DNA of 64,000 nt from Adineta vaga (taxonomy: Eukaryota; Animalia; Rotifera): positions 8,246,001-8,310,000 of the forward strand of contig CP075497.1 of NCBI GenBank assembly GCA_021613535.1, given 5' to 3'. Below the pieces are notes generated by a model. That model was not told where the DNA came from. It ran no database searches and saw only the letters and a list, made by a program, of their open reading frames with translations. Numbering within the stretch: the stretch's first letter is position 1; each line of letters opens with the position of its first letter. Of this stretch, positions 12,427-26,500 are shown one piece after another. The translations under genes were made by a program, and so were the position numbers.

Positions 12427-15400
12427 ATGAACTCTTTACCACCGCTGATCATTAACACACGAAATCATAACAAACGAGCGTCACTTACAATGCTTGCACA
12501 ATCGAATAGGTAAGCAAATGTTTCTCAATTATCATATTTATTTCTAACGAAATACGAAAAAGAAAATGTTAGTCTTCAATTTCATTTCATATTCAAAAGA
12601 TCGAATATCTTCATTTTTGACATTTTATTTCTTAGCGTTATCAAATCATCATCTTTGGTCAATGACTATTTTGTCAAATTTTATACATCAAACCATTGTT
12701 CAATGTTCGATGAACAAATAAATTCGAACAATCAAAGAAAAGATGATCAGAATCAAGTAAGTAGCCATGTCCAATCTATTTTCGTAAAAATAGAGAAAGA
12801 TAAAAAGAAAAGACAATTTGATATGCCTAAAAGCGAAATTTGCCGTTTTTCTTTCTCTTCTCATAATGGTTATCGATGTCTTTTCTTCTTTCTTCTCGCT
12901 CTATAACCTTGCACACTCAAATATTTGTCTCGTCTTCTTTATTGCATGAGTTGTTATTATAGTATTGCCGTTCTGTTGTCATCACTAACACTTCATCGAA
13001 TTTTCAACCTGCTAGTCTTGCGAATAATCATCGACATCATCATTATACAAAACGATATCGACGTTGTGAATACATATCAAGGTAAAAATATTTCAACGTT
13101 TTTTTTTCGATCAATGATGACATATATTTTTGTTATCACTCTTTCATTTCTTTTCTATCAATAACTTGAATAGGTTATTTCTATAATCTGATAAATGAAA
13201 ATCAGTAGAGAACATTTGTGTATGAACATAAATCATCAATGAAGAGAGTTAATGTCTTATCTATTGAAAAGTCCAATCATGAACATGGTCTATCCCTGTC
13301 TCGACGTGTTGAAAAGACAAGATTGAATAAGTAATAACGCAAGGTCAGCTGTTCTACTATCCGATGAGTGAGTAGACATAGATTATAAGACAGTCTTACT
13401 TTGAACTTATTCCGCTGTCAATATACGATGATCATCTAACTGTTGCGATCATTAACACTTCTCTGCAAGTATGTCTAGTCTTAAACTTCTCATTCGATGA
13501 AGTCAAATAAGGCGGAGTGGGCTAATTCTTTAAAATAATCCGATTAATTTCTGTAAGATATCTTCGTACACATTTGAAAGGTTATTCACATTGAGTGGTC
13601 ATAGATAGATCATTATTATCTTTTATACACTCTCTGCATGTTACGCATTCCATTCATGCTTTAGAATTTCTTTCTTTCTTTACAAATGCACATGCCGATT
13701 AATGAAGCGATTAATCATAAGATTCGATGGGGGAAACCAAATTTGACTCGTATTTGTCTCTGTATTCGATTTACACATCCGTTGGTTAGTGTCATTGTTG
13801 CCTGTGTGAAGGACATATCGTGATCTTAATTTACTTCATCGTTTTATTATCAGCAACAAAAACGCGGAAATCATATTCGTCTTCATTCATAACGAGCGGC
13901 AGCTATGAGCAATTCCGTTATGTATTTGTTCTACTGACCATTACCATATTAAAATCTTAGTTCCTATTTTCTATTCAATAAGTAAGTAGGCAAGAAGGAA
14001 CAGGAAGAGAAAATATAAGCGTATATGTCGTTTATTAGTTAGGCAATTGGTTCTTTGTGTGACACCTCTCTTGTTCACTGTTAAACGTGCATTCTTTTCC
14101 TTTCTTTTTCATTCTTCGTTAAATCAAAAGATGATTTTGAACTCGGATGTATGTACTGTGCTCGAGCAACTACTTTGCCTGATTACATCATTTTCATTGC
14201 CTCACTATATCTCAGATGTTTTGTTGACTTTAAGGTAGATTGTTACATAGAAAATTTTCTTCGAGAAGAAAAAAGAAACGTAACTTTTCCCTTCTTCTTC
14301 ATCTTGTTCTCGAACTGATTTATTTTACTTTATCAAGGTTGAGACTTTCTTTTTTCTTCTTCTCAGATACATTGAAATCCTTGATACTTGTTTTACAGAA
14401 TATTGATGACGGGTATATGTTGTTTTTTCTTCATAAGAGAAATCAATTACTTGCTCTTGTCGCTTTTAATAATAATAGATTTGTTCTTCTTTTGAAAAAA
14501 AACAGATTCTCCTCGTATGTCATTTTGATAAACACTAGGCGTAAAAAAGTTCTTTATCTCTCTCGTTGACAACATAGACTATTAAGAAAAAAACACTTGC
14601 TAGTTACTTTAGATTTCATTAACCATGAATATGAAGTAAACATAACCTAGCCGAACAGATCTACTCGTGCGTATGTAACCAAGGACTAAGTGACAAATTA
14701 AAATAACAGCATGTGTTCGTTTTTAATTAATATTAAGAAACACAAAAATAAATCATTCTTTTTTTTCTATCTAATTCCAAGGTTAAATAAATAGGTTATT
14801 TTGTTAGGAAGAGAATGAATGGACAGATAGATTTCAAACGAAAGCAACTCATTTTCATAGGAGATTGTTTCAATCGAGCATAGATGCCAAGATGGTCTTG
14901 AATCTTTATCAATACTTGTCATCTCGTATCTTTTCTCAGTCGATTCGCCAATTGACTTGTCATCAGAGATGAATAAAGAAAAAACGAAGAAGCAAATGCC
15001 TGGTTTTCTAATCTAGACAAATTGTTAGTAGCGGGTCAACTCGTCACAAATTCATCTATAAACAATGTCGAGAATAGAATATGCCCATCAACTATGATGA
15101 GACATCATCACTTACTTTTGCTTCTTAGAAACAATCTCTACATTGAGTTTCCATTTTCTTTTCTGTCTTTATACATATATCCTTCATCGTTAACAAATTA
15201 CGAGATACACTGTCATCTGATCTACTGATTGATCGATGACGGTTGTTGTTGTTGTTGTTGTTTTCTCTTTCGACATGCTCTTTGTCGCCATCGAAATTGA
15301 GTTAATCTGAGCAAAGAGTAAAAAAAAAGAAACTTCATTAGTATGCATATGAGATGGACATATCTTGAAATCAGCAGTATATCATACAAGAGTGCTGTTT

Positions 15401-18400
15401 GTATAAATATATATATATATGAGAAAGAACGACATATTTACATAGCATAGTACAGTGATGAAGTCATCTTTTATATATATATATGTATATCAGCGAGTGA
15501 AATTCAATACTTGTCGAAGAATGTCAGTAGAGATCGTGTATAACCTTGTAGATACGTGTTCCATACGTATAGTTGTGATGTATATTTGCTTTTATATTAC
15601 TTCTGTACTTGCGTCACTCAGTATAACAAAAGAGATGACACATTTCTTTCTTTTTCGCTTCTCTCTTCTCTTCTCGTTCTTGGTTTAATCAAGTAGAAAT
15701 TAGAGCCATGTCTTCTTTCATCATTTCATTTGTAGTTTGCTTTCATCGAAACAACGAGTAATGATCGGCGTTGACCAAAAGCATACGATCGGACTTATGC
15801 AACAACAAGAACAAACGCCTTTGTCTTCCTCACTTGTCCATCAATTTCCATTGTCCACTTCTCCAGATTTGACTTCAAGTATTTATGATAATACTCATCA
15901 TCAAAAGAAGTTTATCTCATCATCATCATCATCATCATCACAAGTAAGAAAAAAAAATATCAAATAACACATGTCTATGACTCTCAAGTTAATCGAATAC
16001 ATAAACTTAGCAGAAAGCGGGAGAGAGAGAAAAAAATAAGAGAAGAATGTCAGCATCTTCTTTTTTTCTCGATTGACCGATGCAATTTATTTCTATTCAT
16101 TCAATTTTATCTCTATTAAATAACTAATACATTAGTAATGAAAAGCGTTGTGTCCCAACCGAATTACCAATGAGTTTTGAGACATGATAAAAGAATTCAT
16201 CGTTTTTTTTTCTGCATTGTTTTGTATAGATTAGACTTGGTCTACGTTGTTCATGTCCATTAGATGACAAGCAACAGCAACTATTTGATGAGATCTTCGC
16301 TTATAATGAACAGACAACGAACATTAGTGAACGAATATTAGATGAATGTATTCCACGTCTAGCACAGAATTCTTCCAATACTTTAATTATACTTTCTGGT
16401 CAATACAAAGATTGTAAGAACATATTGTTTGATTGAAATGATTTAAGTATCAAGAAATAAATATCTTATTTTTAGTTTATCAACTTCAAGCAATAGTTTT
16501 ATCATCTACATTGACACGTTTATGTACATTTATTAAGGAAAATTCAGAAAAAGATTTAATTATTCGTATAAATGCACAAGAATTTCTTAGTAATAAAGGT
16601 AAATTCATTATTTACAAGTGTAAAGTGTTTTGTTTTACAACGTATCAGTTTTTCTTTTAGTCAAATGTTTATTTTCTTCCGATGATTTTTCTGTTATTTC
16701 GGAAAGTGAACGATATCAATGTTTAAATAATCTCTGCTCTAATCATCGTATTAATCCTTTACTAATTACATTTCATCTTTTGACTCGTTCATCAAATCTC
16801 AATCATGGATCAATCCGTATTCTTCTTACAAATCAAATCGATAATGAAATAGGGAAACAACAATTTTCCGATATATTTATGTCATTGGCATTATCATTCT
16901 CATCAAATCGACAAAAACAAACGTTTTATACATCAACGTAAGTTATACTAATTATCCTATTTTTCTTCGTATGAATGTATTTACCAAATGTTTCTCTGAC
17001 GATTATTTATATAATAGGAAGCGGAATTTAACGACTGGACTATCATTACCATCGATACTAAGCGAATACATCTCGAATCATTCGGAGCAAACATCGAAAA
17101 ATTTCTTGTATATATTAGCAAATGTTAAAAATGAGAAACAGTTAAAATATTGGTCAAAAATTCAACGATTATTTCGAGTGAAAAAACATCGATTAAAAGT
17201 ATAATTTAGAAACAAACAAAAATCTTTTATAATAATTTTATTTATGTCAACTTTTAGATGTCTCGTGAACGATTCGATTCTTATGCAGATTCATCATCTG
17301 GAGAAACAATTACAAATCGAAATAACGAAGAAATTTGGATTGATGGCCCATTAAGTTCAACGAATTCAAAAACGGAAGTTTGGATCGATGGTCCACCTGA
17401 ATTCTGTCCTCATTCAACAAGACTTCATCCTGTTAAATTGACATTGAAGCATCGTTCAAATTCAACGCGTCAATATAAATCGAAATCTAAACCATCAATA
17501 TTAAATCCAAAACATCCATTACTTTCTTCAACAATTTCACAGCAAGATGATCAAGATGTTACTTCTCAAAATTTCGATACTGAATCTGTCGTCAGTTCAC
17601 ATTGTCATCTACCTGTCTTACCCGTATTTAAAGATCATTCATTACTTCCATTTCGTTCTCATCAAACTTTGCCACGAATAAAACCACTGGTGACTACTAA
17701 TTCGACAAAATTAGATCTGAGATTAAGTACAACAAAATTAAATGATGATATGGAAGCATTAGAAAAAACATTGGAAACATTATTGATCCCATCACCAATT
17801 GTTGTAACTCCAAATGATAGTAGCAATTCATCAAATATGAGTCAATCATTGAATCGAATTGATCAATTATCATCATCAATGTCAAATAGTGAAAAAACGA
17901 AACGTTTATCTCGTATTGTTTCACCGACACGTTTTGAAAAATTATTTTCGTAAGAAACTTTTTTGTCGCCATTCGATTTTCTTTACTTATTTCTAATCTT
18001 TTAGTAATAATCAATATGTTGATGATATCAATTGGTTACATCCTCTTTCATCATCATCAGTCGGTTCATCAGTTCCTAATTCTCCTTTAATTAAATCAAA
18101 AAATCGTCAAGTACGAACACCAGTAGTTGCAACACCGGAAACTCCTCGTCGTTCAGTCTTACCAACCAAAAAATCTAAAACTCTTCCTGATCAAAATCGT
18201 CAAATCACAGCAACTCATTCTCGTCCTTCCATTTTTCAACGTTTATTCGGTCTACGTTCATCATCTAATTCTCAACAACCATCGTCACAGCAGCAACAAC
18301 AACAACAACCGATATCAATTATTATTGAATCTCCGCCTGCATCACCACTAATCTCACCACTTAGAGTTACCTTAGATTCACGTGACGATCTTATGCCTTT

Positions 18401-19333
18401 AACAACTAGTAGTACTGCTTCATCAGCATCTGGACGTGCCAGTTCAAGTGGTTATGAATCTATGAGTAATACAGTATTCGAAGAAATAATCTCATCAATA
18501 CCAGTCATCGTAGCAAATGAAAATAATTCAATAAAATTAAGAAATAAATCCATACGAAAAGGTATATTTCGAATTATTTTAATAATCTTATAACAACTTA
18601 ATAATATCTTTTACTAGTCGAACTAATTTTCTAGAGCTTTTCAACATAGAACATCGTATTCAGACATTTCTGTACTATTCATTTGACCTATACAATAAAT
18701 ATCTGAGAAGGTCATTGTAAGAATCCAATGTCTGGCGTCTTACTTAAGTTTAACGATAAATATTTAACTTTCTGTAGAGGTAATTTAGACATGCAAACTG
18801 TACGTTTGCTCAAGGATTGCCTTCGATCATATATAATAGTCAATGTTCACTAAATGTATTATTCTTTGTTACTTTTAGACGAACGACGTTCAAATATGAA
18901 TGCATTATGGAATAGTCCAATTGTAAGTTTGTAAAAAGCAATTAAATATATGCGATTTCTTTCATCATAAATAGCTTCGCGAAAAATCGAATCGTCAACA
19001 ACGTGTTTCTCAATTGAAACATCGTCAAAATGAATTAAAACTTGAATTAGCAATGACAAAAACATTTCTACTTATGGATAAAACCAAACATTTTGATTAT
19101 ATTGATTGTAAATATTCGATGACTATCTTGTTTTAATCAATAATATCTTTTCTTTGACTTTTCTAGCATTCAATTCAACAATAAATAATAGTCCAATGCA
19201 TACAAATATGGCAAACACGAATGAAGAAGATGAACTTGAAAGAGATATTGACCATTTAGAACGACGTTTAGCATCTGCTAAATCACAATTAATATTTGTC
19301 ACATATCAAAAAAATAAACAACTCAAATCCTAG
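12427..19333 (+). CDS. KIF26: KIF26/VAB-8 (kinesin-11)-like protein with a degenerate motor domain, multi-exon, with alternative 5' exons
   Basis: Two WIDGP motifs, SSGYESM, and C-terminal coiled coils (RRQQRVSQLKHRQNELKLEL, ELERDIDHLERRLASAKSQLIFVT) are typical of KIF26. A kinesin-like remnant lies at 16230-17200 (IRLGLRC..FDEIF). The first exon 12427-12509 splices in frame but is less certain, and an alternative ATG exists at 15761. Confidence 0.75.
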
Positions 19334-19491
19334 AATGAAATATCTACATTGTTTCTTTTTCTTTTTTACTTTCTTTATTTGATTTATCACAAAAGCAAAT
19401 CTACTTATTTATAAATAAATGTGCAAAAAGATTAACAGTTTTACAAAACAAAACATTATTATTTGCATGATTTTTTTCATTCTAGAGAAAG

Positions 19492-19511
19492 AGGAGAGAG
19501 AGAGAGAGAGA
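19492..19511. repeat. (GA)n microsatellite
   Basis: Run of gagagaga between the KIF26-like stop and the next gene. Confidence 0.8.
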
Positions 19512-19725
19512 GTACGATTGATATGTTAAGTACACCTTGCTTGTTATTTGATTACAATCGTCATAACTGCTACTTCATCATTTTTTTCCTCCGTTCTGTA
19601 TGACTGAGAAAAAAGACGTGTACGCGTGTGCATTTTTATGAGAAAGCTTATGTAAAATAGAAGGTACATATATTTATATCATTCTTTGCAGAATATTTTA
19701 GTTAAAAAACTCAAGTTGGAAGAAT

Positions 19726-21441
19726 ATGGCTTCGTTACTCGTTTTTCTCATGTACCCTCTTGTTGGGCCATTTGCAATTTTAAAACTTTATGCAAAAAAT
19801 CTCATGCGACAAGCTTATGGAAGACAGATTTTACTCAAATTAGCAGCATCTATGGTTAGTTTAGCAGTCGGTTCTCAAATTGCCTATAGATATCGTTCGA
19901 AACATACATTGATATGGTTAACTAGTGGTTTTTTAGCACTTTTGATGAATTATTGGTATATAATTCCACTTCTTCTAATATACATTCTTCCTCTGATCAA
20001 TTATATAATCAGATCTTGGACTTTATTAATCGATTCATTTACTGAACGAATAATTCGTCCGAATAGCACAAAATTTCGTCAACTATTACCATCCATATGG
20101 ACATTTGAATCAAATGAAAAACTTTGGCCGATTGAAAGTATTCGTTTTATGTTAACATATGGTTCAATTGGTCCAGCACTCTATTGTGGTTACGAAGTCT
20201 ATTCTCACTTATGTTTTGGTATTAGTTTTAATTTATTCATTGCAATTGGTATAACAATTCTTGTTACAACAACATTATGGCATCTACTTGACGCGATTGA
20301 TCGTGATCTTTATCCATTTATATTCGCAATTATTATTCAATATTATATCATTCCAATTCGATCAGTTCTAAACATTCCCTTAACATTATTATTAACAACA
20401 TTTTTATTTCCATTTCTAAATAATCTTTTAACAAGTAATTCAATACAAGAATTTATACAAAATATCAAATTATTAAATTTTCGAACATTTATCGAAGGAA
20501 ATCAAAATTACAAACAATTTTTTACAGAATTTGTTAATCTATTTCTTACAATTTATTTCACATATAAAATTTCAATCATATCAATTAATAGTCATGTATC
20601 TTATTTCTTAATTCTTTCAATGATTCTAGTTTTACCGATGTATTTTTATACGAAATTAATTCGTTTTATTTCTATTGAACCAAATACAATCATGTTTTTA
20701 TTTTCATCATTTCTTTTAAGTAAAGATATTTTACAACGTCGATTGAATGATCATTTTATTTATAAATATTTTCTTCTAACTATGATTTTAACATTCTATT
20801 TCGCTTTTATTTATCCTTTATTGTATCATCTATTACGTCGTTCAATAATTAAATCTGCACATCGAATTGGTTTGAAATTAAAATCTTTTCGAGAACAAAT
20901 CAATCAACTTGCACATCAGTTTAATGAACAATATTTACGTATAACATATATTCATGATCAATCAAAATACTTCATTTTACATTTATGTAATCTATTTATT
21001 GCAAGTTGTTTGTTGTTCATTCTTCCAATAAATGTTTTATTACGTGTAATCTTATCTTTATTAAGTTATTTACTTATTGGTCGATTATTATTAGCACGTG
21101 GAATAGAAATTCTTGCAATTGTTATATCACTTTCGACAAGTATAACAGCCGGTGCTGATGTTTATGCTCGATATAATAATTCAATTCTCATAACAATGTC
21201 AATTGCTTTGATTACATATATTTCGACACTACTGATTGCATTTCCAATAATCTATCGTTTGATACAATATTTTATTACACATTTACCTTTAATAAACTAT
21301 TTTGATTGGTTTTTACAAAAGATTTTCTCATTTACTTGGTCATATTTCGATATCATTTGGCGACATATAAACTCGAGTTTTAATGAAGTTAAAATGAAGA
21401 TCGAACAATCAAGATTGAATATATTTCGAAATAGACAATGA
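19726..21441 (+). CDS. Uncharacterised intronless polytopic membrane protein (571 aa)
   Basis: Long uninterrupted ORF with roughly 14 or more hydrophobic segments. No family was recognised. Confidence 0.8.
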   Translation: MASLLVFLMYPLVGPFAILKLYAKNLMRQAYGRQILLKLAASMVSLAVGSQIAYRYRSKHTLIWLTSGFLALLMNYWYIIPLLLIYILPLINYIIRSWTLLIDSFTERIIRPNSTKFRQLLPSIWTFESNEKLWPIESIRFMLTYGSIGPALYCGYEVYSHLCFGISFNLFIAIGITILVTTTLWHLLDAIDRDLYPFIFAIIIQYYIIPIRSVLNIPLTLLLTTFLFPFLNNLLTSNSIQEFIQNIKLLNFRTFIEGNQNYKQFFTEFVNLFLTIYFTYKISIISINSHVSYFLILSMILVLPMYFYTKLIRFISIEPNTIMFLFSSFLLSKDILQRRLNDHFIYKYFLLTMILTFYFAFIYPLLYHLLRRSIIKSAHRIGLKLKSFREQINQLAHQFNEQYLRITYIHDQSKYFILHLCNLFIASCLLFILPINVLLRVILSLLSYLLIGRLLLARGIEILAIVISLSTSITAGADVYARYNNSILITMSIALITYISTLLIAFPIIYRLIQYFITHLPLINYFDWFLQKIFSFTWSYFDIIWRHINSSFNEVKMKIEQSRLNIFRNRQ

Positions 21442-23512
21442 ATTAAACGATATTTTCTAAGTTATATGTTTTGATTTTATAATTAATCATGCATGACCAA
21501 CAAATATATGCAAGGTCATACAGTTTCTTTATCTTGATATGCAATTAAAAAGAAAGTCGATTTTGTCATAGATTTCTTCAATGAAAACAATGGTTAAAGT
21601 TCTATGCTTTCTTTAGTTTGTTTGGATATAACGATTGAATAGGTCTTCATAGAATATTTTAATCGAAAATATAATAGATCATTCATTCGTTTCTTTCGTT
21701 AAAGTCATGTTATACTATGATTGTATTTATTTTTTTACATTCATCAATCGTTTTTACTTTGATTTTCAAAGAATATCAAAATCAATTCTGTTTGATTAGG
21801 AATAACATATGACTTCTCGTTTATCGTCTCATCTTTAATTCATTTTCCCAACAGGTTAGAGTTTTGATTACTTTCGAAAGTCATTTCTCTTCTTATGGCC
21901 TCTCAGTGCCTATAAGCTATAAACATCTATTCCCTGCTGTTATCACAATTTGTTTATTCGGACATGGGTCAAAGATGAATATAGCAGGAGTTAAATGCCA
22001 TTTAATTAGTTCTTTATATATATTTATTCGAAGAATAAAACAAGAACAAGATTGCAGGTCAAAAAGAAAGATTTCGATATATATGCAGCAGTAGTACTAT
22101 TCATTGTGTCGCGTGTCTACCATGGATGTCTGAGTGTCATTATTCGTAATTGGAGAAGCGCTATATCTTCTTACTAGAGAGTAACTTTTCTTGTCGCTCG
22201 TTTGCTTGCGTTCATGACCTTCTTTTCTCCTTTTCTCTTTTTTTTCTTTCTTGCACAAAAGTTCATCCTGACGTTGCTGAACGTTCACTGTTCATTTATA
22301 TACGTTGGCAAACGATGGAATTCGTTCTCTTCCCGTTCAATGTAGAAAAAATTTTCTCTTCTTTTTTTTGTTCTTTATCTTCTTTTTTCCTCTTCGTCTC
22401 GTATGGTCGCTAGAATAAATGAGAATTATTGACGAGGTACTTTTTTTTCATACTAGAAATATGTTTAACAACCATCTCTCATCTGCGTTCGCGTAAGAAA
22501 GAAAAAGAATGAGAGAGAGAAAGTTTGATATATGGTCATCGTCTCTTGTTTGTGTTTGACGCCCGAATGCTTTTGATATGATGAGGTGAGGACAATAGAA
22601 TAATATAAATGATTGAACGAGGTGTGATAGTCGGAACTGTATACTTCAAAACATTCGGCACTAAAGGGCAGCAGACATACAGCATAAGTAAAATCCAACG
22701 AAACAAAAATCGATTTACATTCAAAAAATAAATATTTTTTTATTATTATTTAAAAGGTCTTTGCCTTGTCCCTTATGGCCATGATTAGATGTTTTTTAAT
22801 TAAATGTTTTGCTTTATAAAAAATAAATTGATATCAATAGTTATTGTCTGTACGGTTTTTCGTTTGTCTTGTCATTGTACATAAATGTTTTGTCGATTTA
22901 TATCGAGGACAAGGAAATGTTCCGATCGAGAGAAAGAATTTTAGTGATATCGTGCGCGTAACTTCGTTGTCATCTGTTTCTTTTTATATCTAATGTTTTC
23001 TAGCTTTTTATTTGCTAAAGCATACATCCTCATACTATAAAGACAAATCTAACATTGAGTTGACCATCTGGCGATGCTTTCTCGTTTCTTCTCGTCTGTT
23101 CATTTGACTCTTGAGGGTCGAACACAAATGTATATATATATGTACGTATGTATGTATGTTCGTGCTGCCGTCCTTGTCTCTTCCTCTTTCTTGTGCCCTA
23201 CCATTCGTTCGTTCACCCACACTCATTCGGACAATAAAAATCGATCATTTTACGGCGGCTGCAGTAACTATATATATATATATATGTATATCTCTCTTCT
23301 CTCTTTTTTTCTCCTCTCTTCATGACCGGCTCAATTTGTGGATGGCGAATGAGACTAAGCGTACGGACAGAACTGGTTCATCATCATTGAACAGAACAGA
23401 CACACATCCTTCTTTTCTTCTCTCAACATACTCTACAAGTGTTCGATAGTCTATCGTTAGTGAACTCGACTATTTTCTTTTCCTTCTTCTTTTTTTTTGT
23501 TTTAGAAAATAA

Positions 23513-26500
23513 ATGTATTATCATCATTTAAATAATTTAATAGTTTTATTTTTCCTCGTCCCAACATTAGTAGAGTTATTATCAATCAAGTCAGATATTT
23601 TAATTATACCACAAGATGCTCCACCTGGTTTTGTTCTACTGGAAGAAACAAGGCCTAGTCGAATTGATGAATTTCGACAATGTATAAATCAAACTGAACA
23701 ATTAAATATTAATATCGATGAAAAATATGGTGATTTAATATTAACTAAATCGATTGAAAATCATCTTACTAATCAACAACGACTTCTTTGTACAATTCAT
23801 CGAAATCAAGTAAAGAAAAACGATTTTAATGTGAGTTTTGACAATGATCTAATCAAATTGTTAGTTGTCACATTAGGAGAGTCTACACGCAAAGTTGTTC
23901 ATACTAGGCAGACTATTTGTTCAATGAGGAAAGAAATCTATCGGAGAGGTTAATTTGTCTGATTGATGTTTATGTAAAAATAATACAGATGGAAATATGT
24001 ATGGGTTTTGTTCTTTGCCTTTTCTAGCCAACGATTTTCAAACTTTACTATACAATTATTGATTCAACGAATGATATTAGTTTTACTTCACCTATCTATC
24101 ATGTGGATCCAATATCATTTACTGTACATCGATTTCATAAAATTCAATGTCAGTCATCATCTTTTATTAATTATGAATTTGTTGATTCATCAATACCATT
24201 AAATATCAATCATATAACGGGAGAAATTTCATCGAAAAGTACTTGTCCAAATCTCAACGAAGTTCTCATCCGATGTTTTGATATATCCAATCGAATGAAA
24301 AATGCCCATGCAAAACTAATCTTTGATAAAATTTGTCAAACAAATTCCACTAAACAATCAGATAATAGTTGGATTAATCGAATAGGTGAAGAACGACGAA
24401 AACAAATTCATTTTCAAGAATTAGATACGACTCTGGTAAGTTAATACAATCATCATTTGAGGAGTAGGAAAAGAAAAACAAACCAAATCTCGCGTGAGCA
24501 ATTGATTAGAAAATAGAAATGGTTTATCAATCGTCTGATTACATAAATCAGTTGATGATCTAAGCAAGTCGAGAGATGACTTTAATTTCCTGTTGAAAAA
24601 AGCAGATGAGAGATTTCTTACACAGCTGTCTCTATTGATTTTAGTCGGTGTTTAAAAGAGAACTTTGCGTTATTATCCTAGAATGTCAATTGAAATACAA
24701 TGTAAAATAGAAACGAATCGTTCAAAAGAACTCTCTGTTTTCTCTTTCTCAAGAGCTTTTAAACGTATTCATACTTTTAACTATGAGAATAACAAGAATT
24801 ATATAATCGATTGAGTTGTATTATTGATCAGTCTGTAAAAGAGAACTGCAAATATTGTTTCTATGTTTCAATGAACATTGTAAGTAGTTCATGTCTGTTG
24901 ACACGTTACATCCGTTCACTTTACATACAATCTAATAGAAATATACCTAAAAGCATAGTGTATCAATAGTACCATCATTGTTCTCTCGATGGAATAAAGA
25001 AAATAGAATTAAGATAAATCAAATGATATTGTTTTTATTGATAATTGTTTTTCTTTGTAAAGACTCAATCAATTCGTTCTCGACGACAACAATCCGCTCA
25101 ACCACCATCACGTTTAACAATACATTTTAATGAATCTTATATTGGTGCTATATCTCAAATAAAATATTGTCGAAAACAAACATCTAAAGATCATCTTGAA
25201 CAAACATTTCAATTTCCAACGAAATATGAAACATTCCTACGTGAACGTTTACAAATCAATGATCAAGGACAATTATCTGTTTTACGTCCATTTGATTATG
25301 AAACATTTCAAACAGTTACATTTCAATTTCGTTGTTTAATCTTAGAACAACAAAATGGTGGAATGAATTTAACACGTGTCAATAAAACAGAAGATATTCA
25401 ACTCATCATTGATGATATCAATGATGAAGTACCACGTTGGATTATGGATGAACCATTTCAATATGGAACATATTTTGGTTATGTAGAAAAAAGTGCACGA
25501 CCTGAAACACCTGTTTTTCGTTTTAAAGCATTTGATCCTGATACAACATCGAAATTAACCTATGAAATTGTTCAAGGAGATAAGAATCTTTTTCATCTAT
25601 CATCAGATGGAACATTAACAACAAATTCAAATCAACAATTAGTTTTTCCTATGTATAATTTAACTGTTCGTGCAATAGATTTAAATTCTCAAGTTTCATC
25701 AATGTCTCGTTCAAATCAAGCTCATCTTTTAATTCGTACTGATCGTTTTGATCCAAAATTTTTCCAACAAAAATATATCTTTAATGTTAGTGAATATACT
25801 CAACCATCGACTGTCATTGGAACAATTCGAGCAAAATCTTATTCAACCACAAGTGATAATCTAAGATATTTCTTACAACAACCAATTACAGGTGGTACAC
25901 AAACAATTCTTCAATCCGGAACAATTAGTAGTGGTGGTGGTGGTGATATGTATGAATTTAAAATTGATGAAACTGAAGGTTCAATTAAAATCTTAAAAAT
26001 GCTCAGATATTCCGATCAACATAATAATAATACAAAATATTTTACAGGTAAATAAGGTTGAAAATGATGAATGAGATATCAAAGGATAGAAAGAAAGATA
26101 GAATATAACATGATTGATGATGAATCTTATCAGTTGTTATTAATCTTGCGACGAAGTTTATCAATGTTCAGATACGTTGATTTCTATTCAAACGAAAATT
26201 ACCTGTCAGTCTATAATGAAAAGAATTATACTTGAGATGCAGAATCATTCATAACAGATGATTAAATACATGAAAATATATTCATTACTGAATATTTTTG
26301 AGTTGATCAAGTTCATTGTATATCGTTGATTCGAAATGAAGCCAATATATCTGGAATAAATTTAATTACAACTAATAACTGATTTTTTCCTTGTGCATTT
26401 CAGGTGTTGTGAAAGAATTAAGTGGTTGGCAATTGCAATCTCATGTTGATATTGAAATTCATGTAATTGATATCAATGATAAAATTCCTACATTTAAACA

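Noticed and set aside
19334-19725. KIF26-to-membrane-protein spacer as an operon junction
   Set aside because: It is about 390 nt long with GA-repeat promoter-like sequence and plausible cis donors before the acceptor at 19691.
21500-23500. Short ORFs upstream of the cadherin
   Set aside because: They show the same low-complexity pattern and are most likely promoter or 5' UTR sequence.
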